From the NCBI RefSeq assembly GCF_963506605.1, contig NC_083277.1, forward strand, positions 6,572,001 to 6,636,000: a stretch of 64,000 nucleotides of DNA. The letters run 5' to 3'. The stretch is from Zootoca vivipara. Lineage: Eukaryota. A program made the position numbers and the translations under genes. The notes below the pieces were generated by a model. The model searched no databases. It saw nothing but the letters and a program-made list of their open reading frames with translations, and had not been told where the DNA came from. This document shows positions 11,801 through 23,189 of this stretch, piece after piece. Positions within the stretch are counted from its first letter, which is position 1; every line of letters starts with the position of its first letter.

Positions 11801-12498
11801 CTGAAACAGAGGAAATGTGGAGATGTGTGGGGTTCTTACTAGCTAATACCCTTTTATGTCGTGCCGTCCAGATGTTATTAGACTTTCCCATCAGCTCCAG
11901 CTGGAACAGACAGCTGTCAGGCATGATGAAGGTGGATTCCTGCAACCTCTGGATGGAACCACATTGGCTACCCCAGCCATAAAAAGGTGTGTGTCCCCCC
12001 CAAAAAAACATATTACACTAAGCTGCTACTGACCCTTCCTTTCACCTCATATTTGGAATTAATATAAACAAAGAGAAGGCAAAGGCCTCTCATTTTTATG
12101 GAAATCTGAGATCAGTGAACCCCAGCCTCTTTTGTGAGGTGGATTATTATTTGGCCCATTCATGAAATTCACTCAATTTCTGATGATGTGAACCCGTCTC
12201 TTTGGCCTTCTGGAAAATGACATAGCTCCACTTCCCTCGCAACTCTGAAACTTACATTCCACAAATAACTTAGCCAGATAAGACCAACCAAGCCACAGTT
12301 GTGAAGGGCAGGTCTTGAGAATGCATGGCCAGAGAAATTGCAGGAGAGATTAACTGCAATATTAACTTTCAAGATTAACAGCCGGAATAAAAATCCCAGA
12401 GGCTGCATGTGTTGTGCTATGTCAGAAATATTAAGATTGCTCACATACAGAAATATTGAATTTCAAAAACAACCTTATGACGCAACAGGGGGTCTTAC

Positions 12499-12625
12499 CG
12501 AGAGAGGCCACGATTCCCCAGTTCTCCTCCATGACTTCCTTATGCAATACCCTCTGGTCAGGATCCAGCAGCGACCACTCCTCATCCGTGAAATGCACAG
12601 CCACATCCTCAAATGATATGGGACC
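12499..12625 (-). CDS. ZNF gene B, KRAB-A exon
   Basis: 127 bp, [46 protein letters not shown] ends. Confidence 0.9.
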
Positions 12626-12664
12626 CTAAAAGAAGAGGGAAACATTTTCTCATGGGTAGCATGA

Positions 12665-13003
12665 AGGTAAATATTTAGGTCCAGTCGTGACCGACTCTGG
12701 GGTTGCGGCGCTCATCTCGCTTTACTGGCCAAGGGAGCCGGCGTACAGCTTCCAGGTCATGTGGCCAGCATGACAAAGCCGCTTCTGGTGAATCAGAGCA
12801 GCTCACGGAAATGCCGTTTACCTTCCCGCCGGAGCGATACCTATTTATCTACTTGCACTTTGACGTGCTTTCAAACTGCTAGGTGGGCAGGAGCTGGAAC
12901 CGAGCAACGGGAGCTCACCCCGTTGCAGGGATTCGAACCGCCGACCTTCTGATCAGCAAGCCCTAAACTCTGTGGTTTAACCCACAGCACCACCTGCGTC
13001 CCC
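12665..13003 (-). mobile_element. Sauria SINE (other minus copies 27374-27753, 32722-33089, 47288-47646)
   Basis: tRNA-derived head, conserved body gtgcaagtagataaatagg, (taccttt)-type tail. Confidence 0.9.
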
Positions 13004-13194
13004 TGTCATGGGTAGCATAGAGATGGTCTATTGAGGTGGCTGCTTGTTATTCTCAGGAATTAAACCACCTTGGGTGGCATACACAGCCTTCGCTGAGGCC
13101 AACTTTGATAGGAACAAATTGATGGAAAGAGATTCACTCAGGACCAGGGAGGTGAGACGGGAAAGTGGGGCCAAGCCTCTCCCCCCAGTGATCT

Positions 13195-14090
13195 AAGGCA
13201 CAAATACAGGATGGGAGACACCTGGCTTGAAAGCAGTACATGTGAAAAGGATCTAGGAGTCTTGGTATACAACAATGGTCTTGGGCACCACAGTTCAAGA
13301 AGGATACTGACAAGCTGGAATGTGTCCAGAAGAGGGCAACCAAAATGGTCAAAGGCCTGGAAACGATGCCTTATGAGGAACGGCTTAGGGAGCTGGGTAT
13401 GTTTAGCCTGGATAAGAGAAGGTTAAGGGGTGATATGATAGCCATGTTCAAATATATAAAAGAATGTCATATAGAGGAGGGAGAAAGGTTGTTTTCTGCT
13501 GCTCCAGAGAAGCGGACACGGAGCAACGGATTCAAACTACAAGAAAGAAGATTCCACCTAAACATTAGGAAGAACTTCCTGACAGTAAGAGCTGTTCAGC
13601 AGTGGAATTTGCTACCAAGGAGTGTGGTGGAGTCTCCTTCTTTGGAGGTCTTTAAGCAGAGGCTTGACAGGCATATGTCAAGAATGCTTTGGTGGTGTTT
13701 CCTGCTCGGCAGGGGGTTGGACTGGATGGCCCTTGTGGTCTCTTCCTTTTTTTAAAAAAAATATATTTTATTAATTTTTCCAATTAAAACCAATTATATC
13801 ACATTCATTATTTCAAATTATACACATATATATCAATCAAACCGAATGTTATGCCAAATCATCTAAAAAAATTTTTTAGGGTTCCCATGCTTCAAGAAAT
13901 TGGGGATTCCTCGCAACCGTCCACTGTCGTCTTTTTTCTAAAGTTCAAATCGTCTCTCCAAATCCATAATAATCCAGATCTTTCCCTTTACAGTCACATA
14001 GATGTTTTCCTCTTTCAACCGATTATTTCCCAGCTGCTGAGATAAATGTGGTCTCTTCCAACTGTGGTCTCTTCCAACTCTATGATTCTA
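13195..14090 (+). mobile_element. CR1 3' fragment interrupted by an antisense poly(A)-tailed L1-like insert (13747-14046)
   Basis: CR1 ORF2 C-terminus ([13 protein letters not shown]...); insert flanked by duplicated tgtggtctcttcc. Confidence 0.85.
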
Positions 14091-14099
14091 TCCCCCTAC

Positions 14100-14182
14100 C
14101 TGATCTGGTCTCACAGCTGCTCCTTCTACTGAACCATGAAGAGGAGATGGCGGAGGACATCTTGCCGGCATCATTCCATTGC
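14100..14182 (-). CDS. ZNF gene B, linker exon 3
   Basis: 83 bp, phase 1 to 0, (G)NGMMPARCPPPSPLHGSVEGAAVRPDQ; homologous to 29781-29860. Confidence 0.8.
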
Positions 14183-14486
14183 CTGTCAGAGACAAAACCA
14201 TTAGCACATACTTGGATGAGAAATGGATACTTAAGAGAAAGTCTTAATGGTTGAGCAAGTTTGAGATCTTTGCATCTCTTTGATAGTTCCAGTGTGTGAA
14301 CACATGGCAACCCTTTGGGACTTTTGATCACAAATCCATGTGCACAATGTGTTGCAAATAAGGGTATTTTCGAGCCCTGGAAAAGGGTGGAGAGTTGTCT
14401 CCCCGCAATAGGTTTAAGAAGTTGATGGCTTAGTTTCAAAATTAACAGAGGGAGACCATATTGAAACAGTACCCCTAAATCCTCAC

Positions 14487-14568
14487 CCAGAGGCCTCTGC
14501 CTGATGACTGACATATTGCTTTCTGCTTTGGAGGAATCGCTTCTTATTTCTGTTACCAGATCCTTTCC
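14487..14568 (-). CDS. ZNF gene B, linker exon 2
   Basis: 82-bp AG/GT exon, GKDLVTEIRSDSSKAESNMSVIRQRPL. Confidence 0.8.
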
Positions 14569-14587
14569 CTGAAACAGAAATATGCAT

Positions 14588-14900
14588 AATAATAATAATA
14601 ATTTATTATTTGTACCCCACCCATCTGGCTGAGTCTCCCCAGCCACTCTGGGCGGCTCCCAATTGAGTGTTAAAACAATACAGCATTAAATATTAAAAAC
14701 TTCCCTAAACAGGGCTGCCTTCAGATGTCTTTTAAAAATAGGATAGCTGCTTATTTCCTTAGCATCTGATGGAAGGGCGTTCCACAGGGAGGGCGCCACT
14801 ACTGAGAAGGCCCTCTGTCTGGTTCCCTGTGACCTCACTTCTCGTAATGAGGGAACTGCCAGAAGGCCCTCGGCGCTGGATCTCAGTGTCCGGGCTGAAG
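14588..14900 (-). mobile_element. L2-like LINE 3' fragment (relatives 26245-26668, 33790-33945, 50830-51000, 52295-52460; other family 39560-40010)
   Basis: ORF2 end RAFSVVAPSLWNALP...FKRHLKAALF and microsatellite tail. Confidence 0.8.
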
Positions 14901-15198
14901 ACATCGCATGGAAACAGCAAATGCAAAAACCTTAGCGGTACTGGCTATCTGTTTGGCGGACTTCCACAGAAAGTTGCTGAAGAAGCAGAGAATTCTGGGA
15001 TCGCCTCCCTCACATCCTGAGCCCCTTGGGATTATTTAGCTCAGAGGTAGCTGGCACAATGCTCTCCAAAAGTTGCTGGACTTCAACTCCCATAATTCCC
15101 AGCCAAAATGTAGAATGAATAGGGTTGATGGGAGTTTTAGTTCAACAACCTCTGGAGGAAACCAGGTTGACTTTCCCTGGTCCAGACAAAACTCTCAC

Positions 15199-15612
15199 CT
15201 GCTGCTCTTCCTGCTTCTTGTCCTCTGCCCGGTTCAGGAGGAAACCTTCTGTCAGGGCCACCGCCTGGGAACTGGTCTCTGCTCCGCATTCCCTCACCCA
15301 GTTCTCCATCTCCGGGGGGAGGACAGCCAGGAACTGCTCCAGGATCACCAGGTCCAGGATCTGAGCCTTGGTGTGTGTCTCCGGCTTCAGCCACTGACGG
15401 CAAAGATGGTGGAGTCGGCTGCAAACTTCCCGTGGTCCCTTGGCCTCCTGGTACTGGAAGTGCCTAAACTGTTGGCACTGCAGATCTGAGCTGTGGGTGT
15501 TCTCCCTCAATGTCTTGTGTCTGCTTCCAACCCAAGTTTCCCCAGTGCTCCCAGTCACAATGCTATCAGGCTGTCTTCCTGCTTCGAGGGCGGCAGAGTC
15601 TTGTTCTTCCAT
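15199..15612 (-). CDS. ZNF gene B, SCAN-domain exon (first coding exon)
   Basis: ATG GAA GAA CAA start just after an acceptor, SCAN consensus, donor CAG|GTGAG. Confidence 0.92.
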
Positions 15613-16369
15613 CTCTTATCTGCAGAAAAACATTCTGTGATGAAAACGTATTTTTCATTTTGATCCCTCGTATTGTGAATTATGTCATATACAACATTTC
15701 TTTCCCCTATTTGAGATCTGGTATACCGCTTCTCCATATGGAGGTTGTATTGCTTACACAGCTATTCCCCACACACTGCCCATTTGCAGGATCCCTGCCC
15801 AAAAATCTAACTACCTGGACCAAGAACGCATCTTGGTCTCCTTCCTTGGAGGATTTTAAGCAGAGCTTGCGTGGCCATCTGTCATGGATGCTTCAGCTGA
15901 GATTCCTGCATTGCAGGGGGTTGGACTAGATGACCCTCGGGTCCCTTCCAAGATTCTATGATCTATCTCGTGCATCCCCTTCCTTTCTGCATCCATAGCC
16001 TATTACACAGATTCATCAGCCAGAGAGAAACATACCACATCCCTCCCATTGCTATATTCAGGGATCACTAACAAGGACTGTTTTCATTTATGCTCTTTAA
16101 AGCTCGGTTTTACAATAATTCTGTAAATGCCAAACCCCTCATGCAAGAAAAGTGTCCTTAGGCAGAAGTATTCCCAGCATAATGTGACCCTGACATCTGA
16201 ATGTACACACATTTATTATGTGCTACCAAGCCAGAAAGCTCCGCTTGACAAACAGGGGCTTTAACTTTAAGGGATGAAGAACAATTGGCTGATAGCTCAG
16301 TTTTATAAATTATTGTATTTTAATATTTCTGTTGGAGGCTGCCCAGATGGGCGGGGGTATAAATAATAA

Positions 16370-16413
<44 letters not shown>

Positions 16414-16550
16414 CATCATCATTATTTAACTGATATGTAGAAGAAGAAGAAGAAGTGATAGCTCAGTTGGTTAAAGCATATTTCCGGTAACACCAAGGTT
16501 GCAGGCTCGATCCACCTGCATATTCCTACATCGCTGGGGTTGGACTAGAT

Positions 16551-16954
16551 CAGGGGTCCCCAGACTACGGCCCCCGGGCCGGATGTGGCTCAATTGGCCT
16601 CCCAATCCGGCCCGCGACGACCCCCGCCGCCCGCTGCCGCCGCCCGTTTTTGCAGCGCGCTGCGCGGCGGCGCCCTTCCAGATCGGAATTTTTTTGCCGA
16701 AAATCGTTTCTGCGCATGCGTATGGGCCTCTCCCGACCCAGAAGAGGTCATTTCCGGTGCACTTCCGGGTCGGGAGAGGCCCATACGCATGCGCACAAAC
16801 AATTTCCGGCGATTTTTCCGGCCTGGAAGCGCACCACCGCGCCAGTAAATGGGTGTGCGCATGCGCACTGGCGCGCACTCCCCCGCCCTCCGGCCCGCCG
16901 CGCGATCGGCACGGCGGGCACCGGCCCGAAGGCGGGTAAGTCTGGGGACCCCTG
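16551..16954. mobile_element. GC/CpG-rich non-autonomous hAT element, opposite orientation to 3573-3987
   Basis: Same TIRs, perfect 8-bp TSD gactagat; inserted inside a SINE tail. Confidence 0.9.
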
Positions 16955-17261
16955 GACTAGATGATCCTCGGGTTCCCTTGTGACTCCATGATTCTATACT
17001 TTTCCTTTTGCATCCCACCTTTTCCTCCAAGGAGCGCAAGGCAGCACGCGTGGCTCTCCCCCTCTCCAGTCAATCCTCACGACAACCCTATGAGGTAGGC
17101 CATGCTGATAGTAAGTGGGCCAAAGTTGTCACCCCCACCCCTCCCCGGAGCTCTGTGGTCCTGGTCTGCTCTCACCACTGCACCACACTGCCTTTAAGAC
17201 AGCCCTGTTTAGGGAGGCTTTTAATGTTTAAATGTTGGAAGCCGCCCAGAGTGGCGGGGTA

Positions 17262-17301
<40 letters not shown>

Positions 17302-17399
17302 AATAATTAAAGAGAGGACGGTACAAATTCATGGAGCAGAGGGCTATCAATGGCTATAGGCCGCCATGGCTATGTTTTAAGGCTTTGTAGGTCAAAACC

Positions 17400-17742
17400 A
17401 GGGATGCAGCTGGTGCTGTGGGTTAACCCATAGAGCCTAGGGCTTGCAGATCAGAAGGTCGGCGGTTTGAATCCCGCTGCTTGGTCCCTGCTCCTGCCAA
17501 CTTAGCAGTTTGAAAGCACGTCAAAGTGCAAGTAGATAAATTGGTACCACTCCGGAGGGAAGGTAAACGGCGTTTCCATGTGCTGCTCTGGTTCACCAGA
17601 AGCAGCTTAGTCATGCTGGCCACATGACCTGGAAGCTGTCTGCGGACAAACGCCGACTACCTTGGCCAGTAACGCGAGATGAGTGCCGCAGCCCCAGAGT
17701 CGTCCGCAACTGGACCGAACGGTCAGGGGTCCCTTTACCTTT
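17400..17742 (+). mobile_element. Sauria SINE (other plus copies 25515-25868, 30723-31080, 33427-33780, 55409-55752, 58033-58380)
   Basis: Same head, body and tail as the other copies. Confidence 0.9.
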
Positions 17743-18229
17743 AAAGCTTTTTATTGCCATTTAATGAAACGATGTGCATAAACAATTATAACAAGAGATG
17801 TGTCCCAAACTCCCATCCTCAGTGCATGTTTGCTCCTTAATAATAATAATAATAATTTTATTGCTTACACCCTGCCCATCTTGCTGGGTTTCCCCAGCCA
17901 CTCTGGGCAGCTTCCAGCAAAATATTAAAATATGGGTCAGTTGCATATTTCTGCGTTAAAGTGGGTTGGACTAGATGATCCTCGGGGTCCCTTCCAACTC
18001 TATGACAATCCACTCCCACTGATCAACTCCGCCTCGCAGACTCACTTTAAACCCCAGCCTCCCCAAATAGAGCAATAGACTCTTAATCTCAGGGTCGTGG
18101 GTTCGAGCCTCACGTGGGCAAAAGGTTCTTGGATTGCAGGGGGTTGGACTAGATGACCCGGGGGTGTCCCTTCCAACTTTACGATTCAGTGATTCTATCT
18201 TAGATAATAGAAAATGGGGAACGGAGACA

Positions 18230-18620
18230 TGAACAACCCCTCTCCCTATTTGTTTCTTGTGATGGTTCTCCTGATCTGCGTCTCCCACGCGGCGACGCCC
18301 CCTCCTTTCCACCAAACGCACCAAAACGATGTTGCAGAATCTCACCGGGTTGCAGGAGCAGCCGCAGATGCAGCGCGCGGTGGGTAAAAGCAGAGGCTCC
18401 TTCCTTTGCAAAGCGGGGAGCGGCTTCTGCTGTGGAGGAAGCCCCCCTTCCACCCACCCCAAATTTCCTTCTTCTCTAGGAATCCGGTTCTTTTTTAACC
18501 CTTGCAGGGCCTGACACTGACGCTCTGTGCCAAAGAGGAAACGTGCGCTCTGCGCGCACACAGATGGGAATCTGGGCATATCCTGGTAAGGGTGGGGACA
18601 CTCGCCGGCACTTCGGGAAT
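18230..18620 (-). promoter_or_regulatory. Putative promoter / non-coding first exon of gene B
   Basis: Close paralogue of 6740-7180; donor CG|GTGAG at 18346. Confidence 0.55.
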
Positions 18621-20174
18621 GAGCAGAAAAGCAGCATTTTTAAAGTAGCTTTGAAGAGGGATGGGGGGAAAGGAGGTCTAGTGGATAGAGCAGCCTTTTC
18701 CCATAACTGATAGGTGATTCTGCTGCCCCACGTGCAAATGGGCACCTGCTGTTTGTCTCTTTTCTTGGCGAGGAGACAGAGGGAGCAAGGAGTTTAATAG
18801 AATCAAAGAACTGTAGAGTTGGAAGGGACCCGAGGGTCATCTAGTCCAACCCCCTGCAGTGCAAGAGTTAAAGGTGGAAAAATAATGGGGTGAAGCTTTT
18901 CTTCCTTCTTTGTGGGGCAAGGAGTAGCAGTGGGGGAGAGAAGGGCAGGGAATTTTTCCAAGCTGCCCTTCTGGAATTTGGAAAGGATGGCTCTTGCCTG
19001 GCGCTGCCTGGACTTGAACCTGGCTCCCTCTTTGTGCAAAGGGGGATTGTTGGGTGTTATCCTGGAGTGGAAGTATTTATTTATTTAACTATAATAAAAT
19101 CCATTGAAAAAGAAAGAGTGGGGGAATGGAAACCCTCTGCTAGAGGAAGACTCCATTATCTCTGCCGCCTCCTCCGTTTCTGAGGAAGAAATTCGTCCTA
19201 AAATGATCTACAAAAGTATGTTGTGAACCTCCCTGGGAGCTACAGGTTTGCAAAATTAGATAAAGAGTCTAGAAGCCACCTTATATACCTCAACCAAGAA
19301 TCACATCCTTTGTCTTTCTATGGGGATCGGGCACAGTTGATATGGTTTGAGGAAAAATATTTTTATTTACCCCAAATAAACCTCAAATGTTGTGTAAACT
19401 TTCCTCACAGGGGAGCAACGTAGAACCTGAGATGGGAGGCAGTTTGTATTCTCTTTCTCTTGATATGATTTTGTTCCCGGTTAGGGAATGTTTTTTTTAA
19501 AAAAAATTGCCACCATTATTATACCCATATAATAGGTCTGTGGCTGTGTTACTCCAGCCCTGCAAAGTTGTCCAGAAGTACTATACCCATTTTACTGGAG
19601 AAAGGGAAGTTTTTAAATGATAGCCTAAAGCAGGAGTCCCCAAACTAAGGCCCGGGGGCCGGATGCAGCCCAATCGCCTTCTCAATCCGGCCCGCAGAAG
19701 GTCCGGGAATCAGCATGTTTTTACATGAGTAGAATGTGTCTTTTTATTTAAAATGCATCTCTGGGTTATTTGTGGGGTATAGGAATTCGTTCATCCCCCC
19801 CCCCCCCCGCCGAAAAAAATATAGTCTGGCCCCCCACAAGGTCTGAGGGACAGTGGACCGGCCCCCTGCTGAAAAAGTTTGCTGATCCCTGACCTAAAGT
19901 GTAATACAGTATTGTATTAAATGTGTTGTTGCTCTTGTTGGTAAGGAAATGTAGTGTGGAGGAGACTGTAACAAATCACGCGTAAATATTGAGATCAGTT
20001 GCAGGCATTAGGCAATAAGCTTGTTCATCGTTTCAACAGATTTCTCCACAGATTGTCATGAGTCCACAGCAGTTTGGGTTCTTTAGACAGACTGGAAAAG
20101 ACAGCGTCTTTCGTATATGTTTTTTTAACACAAATATGCAGGCTGAGCGTAAGATGGAGAGAATTCACGCAAAT

Positions 20175-20850
20175 CATAGAATCAGAGTTGGAAGAGACCA
20201 CAAGGGCCATCCAGTCCAACCCCCTGCCAAGCAGGAAACACCATCAAAGCATTCCTGACAGATGGCTGTCAAGCCTCCGCTTAAAGACCTCCAAAGAAGG
20301 AGACTCCACCACACTCCTTGGCAGCAAATTCCACTGCCGAACAGCTCTTACTGTCAGGAAGTTCTTCCTAATGTTTAGGTGGAATCTTCTTTCTTGTAGC
20401 TTGAATCCATTGTTCCGTGTCCACTTCTCTGGAGCAGCAGAAAACAACCTTTCTCCCTCCTCTATATGACATCCTTTTATATATTTGAACATGGCTATCA
20501 TATCACCCCTTAACCTTCTCTTCTCCAGGCTAAACATACCCAGCTCCCTAAGCCATTCCTCATAAGGCATCGTTTCCAGGCCTTTTACCATTTTGGTTGC
20601 CCTCCTCTGGACACGTTCCAGCTTCTCAGTCTCCTTCTTGAACTGTGGTGCCCAGAACTGGACACAGTACTCCAGGTGAGGTCTGACCAGAGCAGAATAC
20701 AGTGGTGCTATTACTTCCCTTGATCTAGATGCTATACTCCTATTGATGCAGCCCAGAATTGCATTGGCTTTTTTAGCTGCTGCTAAACTCACATCATCCC
20801 TGACCCTTTGACCATTTTGGTTGCCCTCCTCTTGACACATTCCAGCTTGT
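20175..20850 (-). mobile_element. CR1 3' fragment (others 30375-30712 +, 40068-40250 +, 43243-43610 +, 54475-55310 -)
   Basis: ORF2 motif [19 protein letters not shown]...; absent from the paralogous site near 9780. Confidence 0.92.
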
Positions 20851-21051
20851 TCCCTCTTAGTCCCTCGTTCTGTGTCTGGGGTATATTCATAGCATTGGAC
20901 TCAATACAGACAGCAAGGCATGCCTTTTTTCTCCCACCATAAAGAAAATAAAGATTGCCTCCTGGCCTATTATTCTCTGAAAGCTAGAATGACCTCTTCC
21001 AGCCAGTAGCTTATCCAGTGGTGTTCTACGTTATAACATTGATAAGTTTTG

Positions 21052-21090
<39 letters not shown>

Positions 21091-22330
21091 GAAGACAGAA
21101 ACAGCAGAACTAGGAGTCTATGGCAGGTCAAGATGGATACATGGACACACAGATGACATTGAGACTAATCCTCAAATTCTGTAATACTATTCTTTTCCCC
21201 AAAAGCTCCCCCCCCCCGACCTACAAACAAATCTTGGTTTTTCCCATCAATGGATAACAGGGGCAGGTTATCAACTCATTGAAAATACGCAGGATCAAAA
21301 TCTCAATGTCATCGAGTACAATTGCACTTCCAAACCACTTAGAACACAGCTAAACCATTTATTTCTCCCAAGCCCTGAAGCTTGTAAGTTTTCAGAATAT
21401 TTATGGCAGTACACACTTAAAACATTGATGATCATATAATCATAAAATGCGGAGTAACCGGGAAACACTGAGTCAAGTTAGATCCATCAAATTTGCCGCT
21501 ATTTAGAATCTCTTCAGGTTTCCATCTATTTCCTTGATGTGCAAAGTCAAAAATTTGGCTTTACAGTCCAAGGAGCCGACCCACACTTGGTACTCCCTAA
21601 ATCAATGGGCTTCTGGCATGTTTAAACAAGGCATGAGAGTCCCAGTACAGAGCTGTCTTGCTTCTTCATCCTGTCTTGTACCACCGTGGCATATGGAGCC
21701 ATCAAACCCGTTTCACACAAACACCTGCTTGCTTTTATATAATATAAAGAGGCACAATATGGTGATCCTTAAGCATTAAAACAGGCACGGGAAAACTCCG
21801 GCCCTCCAGATGTTTGGGACTACAATTCCCATCATCCCTGACCACTGGACCTGTTAGCTAGGGATGATGGGAATGGTAGTCCCAAACAACTGGAGGGCCG
21901 AGTTTGCCTATGCCTGCATTAAAACCTCACTGCAGAAAATCACTGGAATAGTTTATAAAAATGGCAAAACACAAAGTAACAGTATCTTGACTGAATGAAG
22001 CTCAAACACAGCCCATGATTTGGCGCATGGGCAAAAATGCTAACTTGGAGAACAGGGTTAACCTGGTAACCATTTTTGTGCGCACAGGACAATGGAGGGC
22101 ATGAAAAGATAAGAGAAAAGATGAGCACTTCAGAGTAAATTGGTCAAGGGAGGGAGATGAATTCTCTGTAAACAAGTCTGGAGGAGGCTACTAACTTTTG
22201 TATTCTTTACTTATTCTCCTCTGTGAGAAGTTACTCTTCAATGAGATGGGAGCTGCATTTTCTTATTCAAGATTTTCCTGCACTCCAAGCATTGATATGA
22301 GCCCCCCCCCCCAAATCACCATTGTGAATT

Positions 22331-22895
22331 TGTTGTTGTTTAGTTGTTTAGTCGTGTACGACTCTTCATGACCCCATGGAGCAGAGCACGCCAGGCACTC
22401 CCGTCTTCCACTGCCTCCCGCAGTTTGGTCAGACACATGTTCGTAGCTTCAACACTGTCCAACCATCTCATCCTCTGTCGTCCCCTTCTCCTAGTGCCCT
22501 CAATCTTTCCCAACATCAGGGTCTTTTCCAGGGAGTCTTCTCTTCTCATGAGGTGGCCAAAGTATTGGAGCCTCAGCTTCACGATCTGTCCTTCCAGGGA
22601 GCACTCAGGGCTGATTTCCTTAAGAATGGATAGGTTTGATCTTCTTGCAGTCCATGGGACTCTCAAGAGTCTCCTCCAGCACCATAATTCAAAAGCATAA
22701 ATTCTTCGGTGATCAGCCTTCTTTATGGCCCAGCTCTCACTTCCATACATCACTACTGGGAAAACCATAGCTTGAACCATACAGACCTTTGTCGGCAAGG
22801 TGATGTCTCTGCTTTTTAAGATGCTGTCTAGGTTTGTCATCGCTTTTCTCCCAAGAAGCAGGCGCCTTAATTTTGTGACTGCTGTCACCATCTGC
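22331..22895 (-). mobile_element. RTE-BovB LINE 3' fragment (also 48508-48880, +)
   Basis: LRRLLLGRKAMTNLDSILKSRDITL...FELWCWRRLLRVPWTARRSN and (caa)n tail. Confidence 0.92.
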
Positions 22896-23189
22896 AGTGG
22901 AGAGTTTTGACTAAACGTGATCCACCTGGAGCAGGAACTGGCAAGCCGCTCCAGTATCCCTGCCAAGAAAACTCCATGGACAAAGACAACAGGCCACTGT
23001 GAATTATTTGATGACAATGGAAGTTCCTGCTTCTTCAGAAGCTTCTTCCAAGCAGTGTTTTTAAAAATTCCTCCACAAAGTGTCTTGGGCACAAGCCCTG
23101 TCCATATGCATTACAAGCATTTATATGGTTTCTTATTGTGGAAAGACAGCTAGGAACTGCTCCTAAATCTCCTTTAATTTTCCAAGTCT

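Noticed and set aside
11801-12011. N-terminal extensions of the ZnF ORFs in the track (also 45638-45734)
   Set aside because: Intronic read-through upstream of the splice acceptors.
12171-12244. Possible extra small exon of gene B between KRAB and ZnF
   Set aside because: Weak splice signals, no counterpart found in C or D, and not needed to keep frame.
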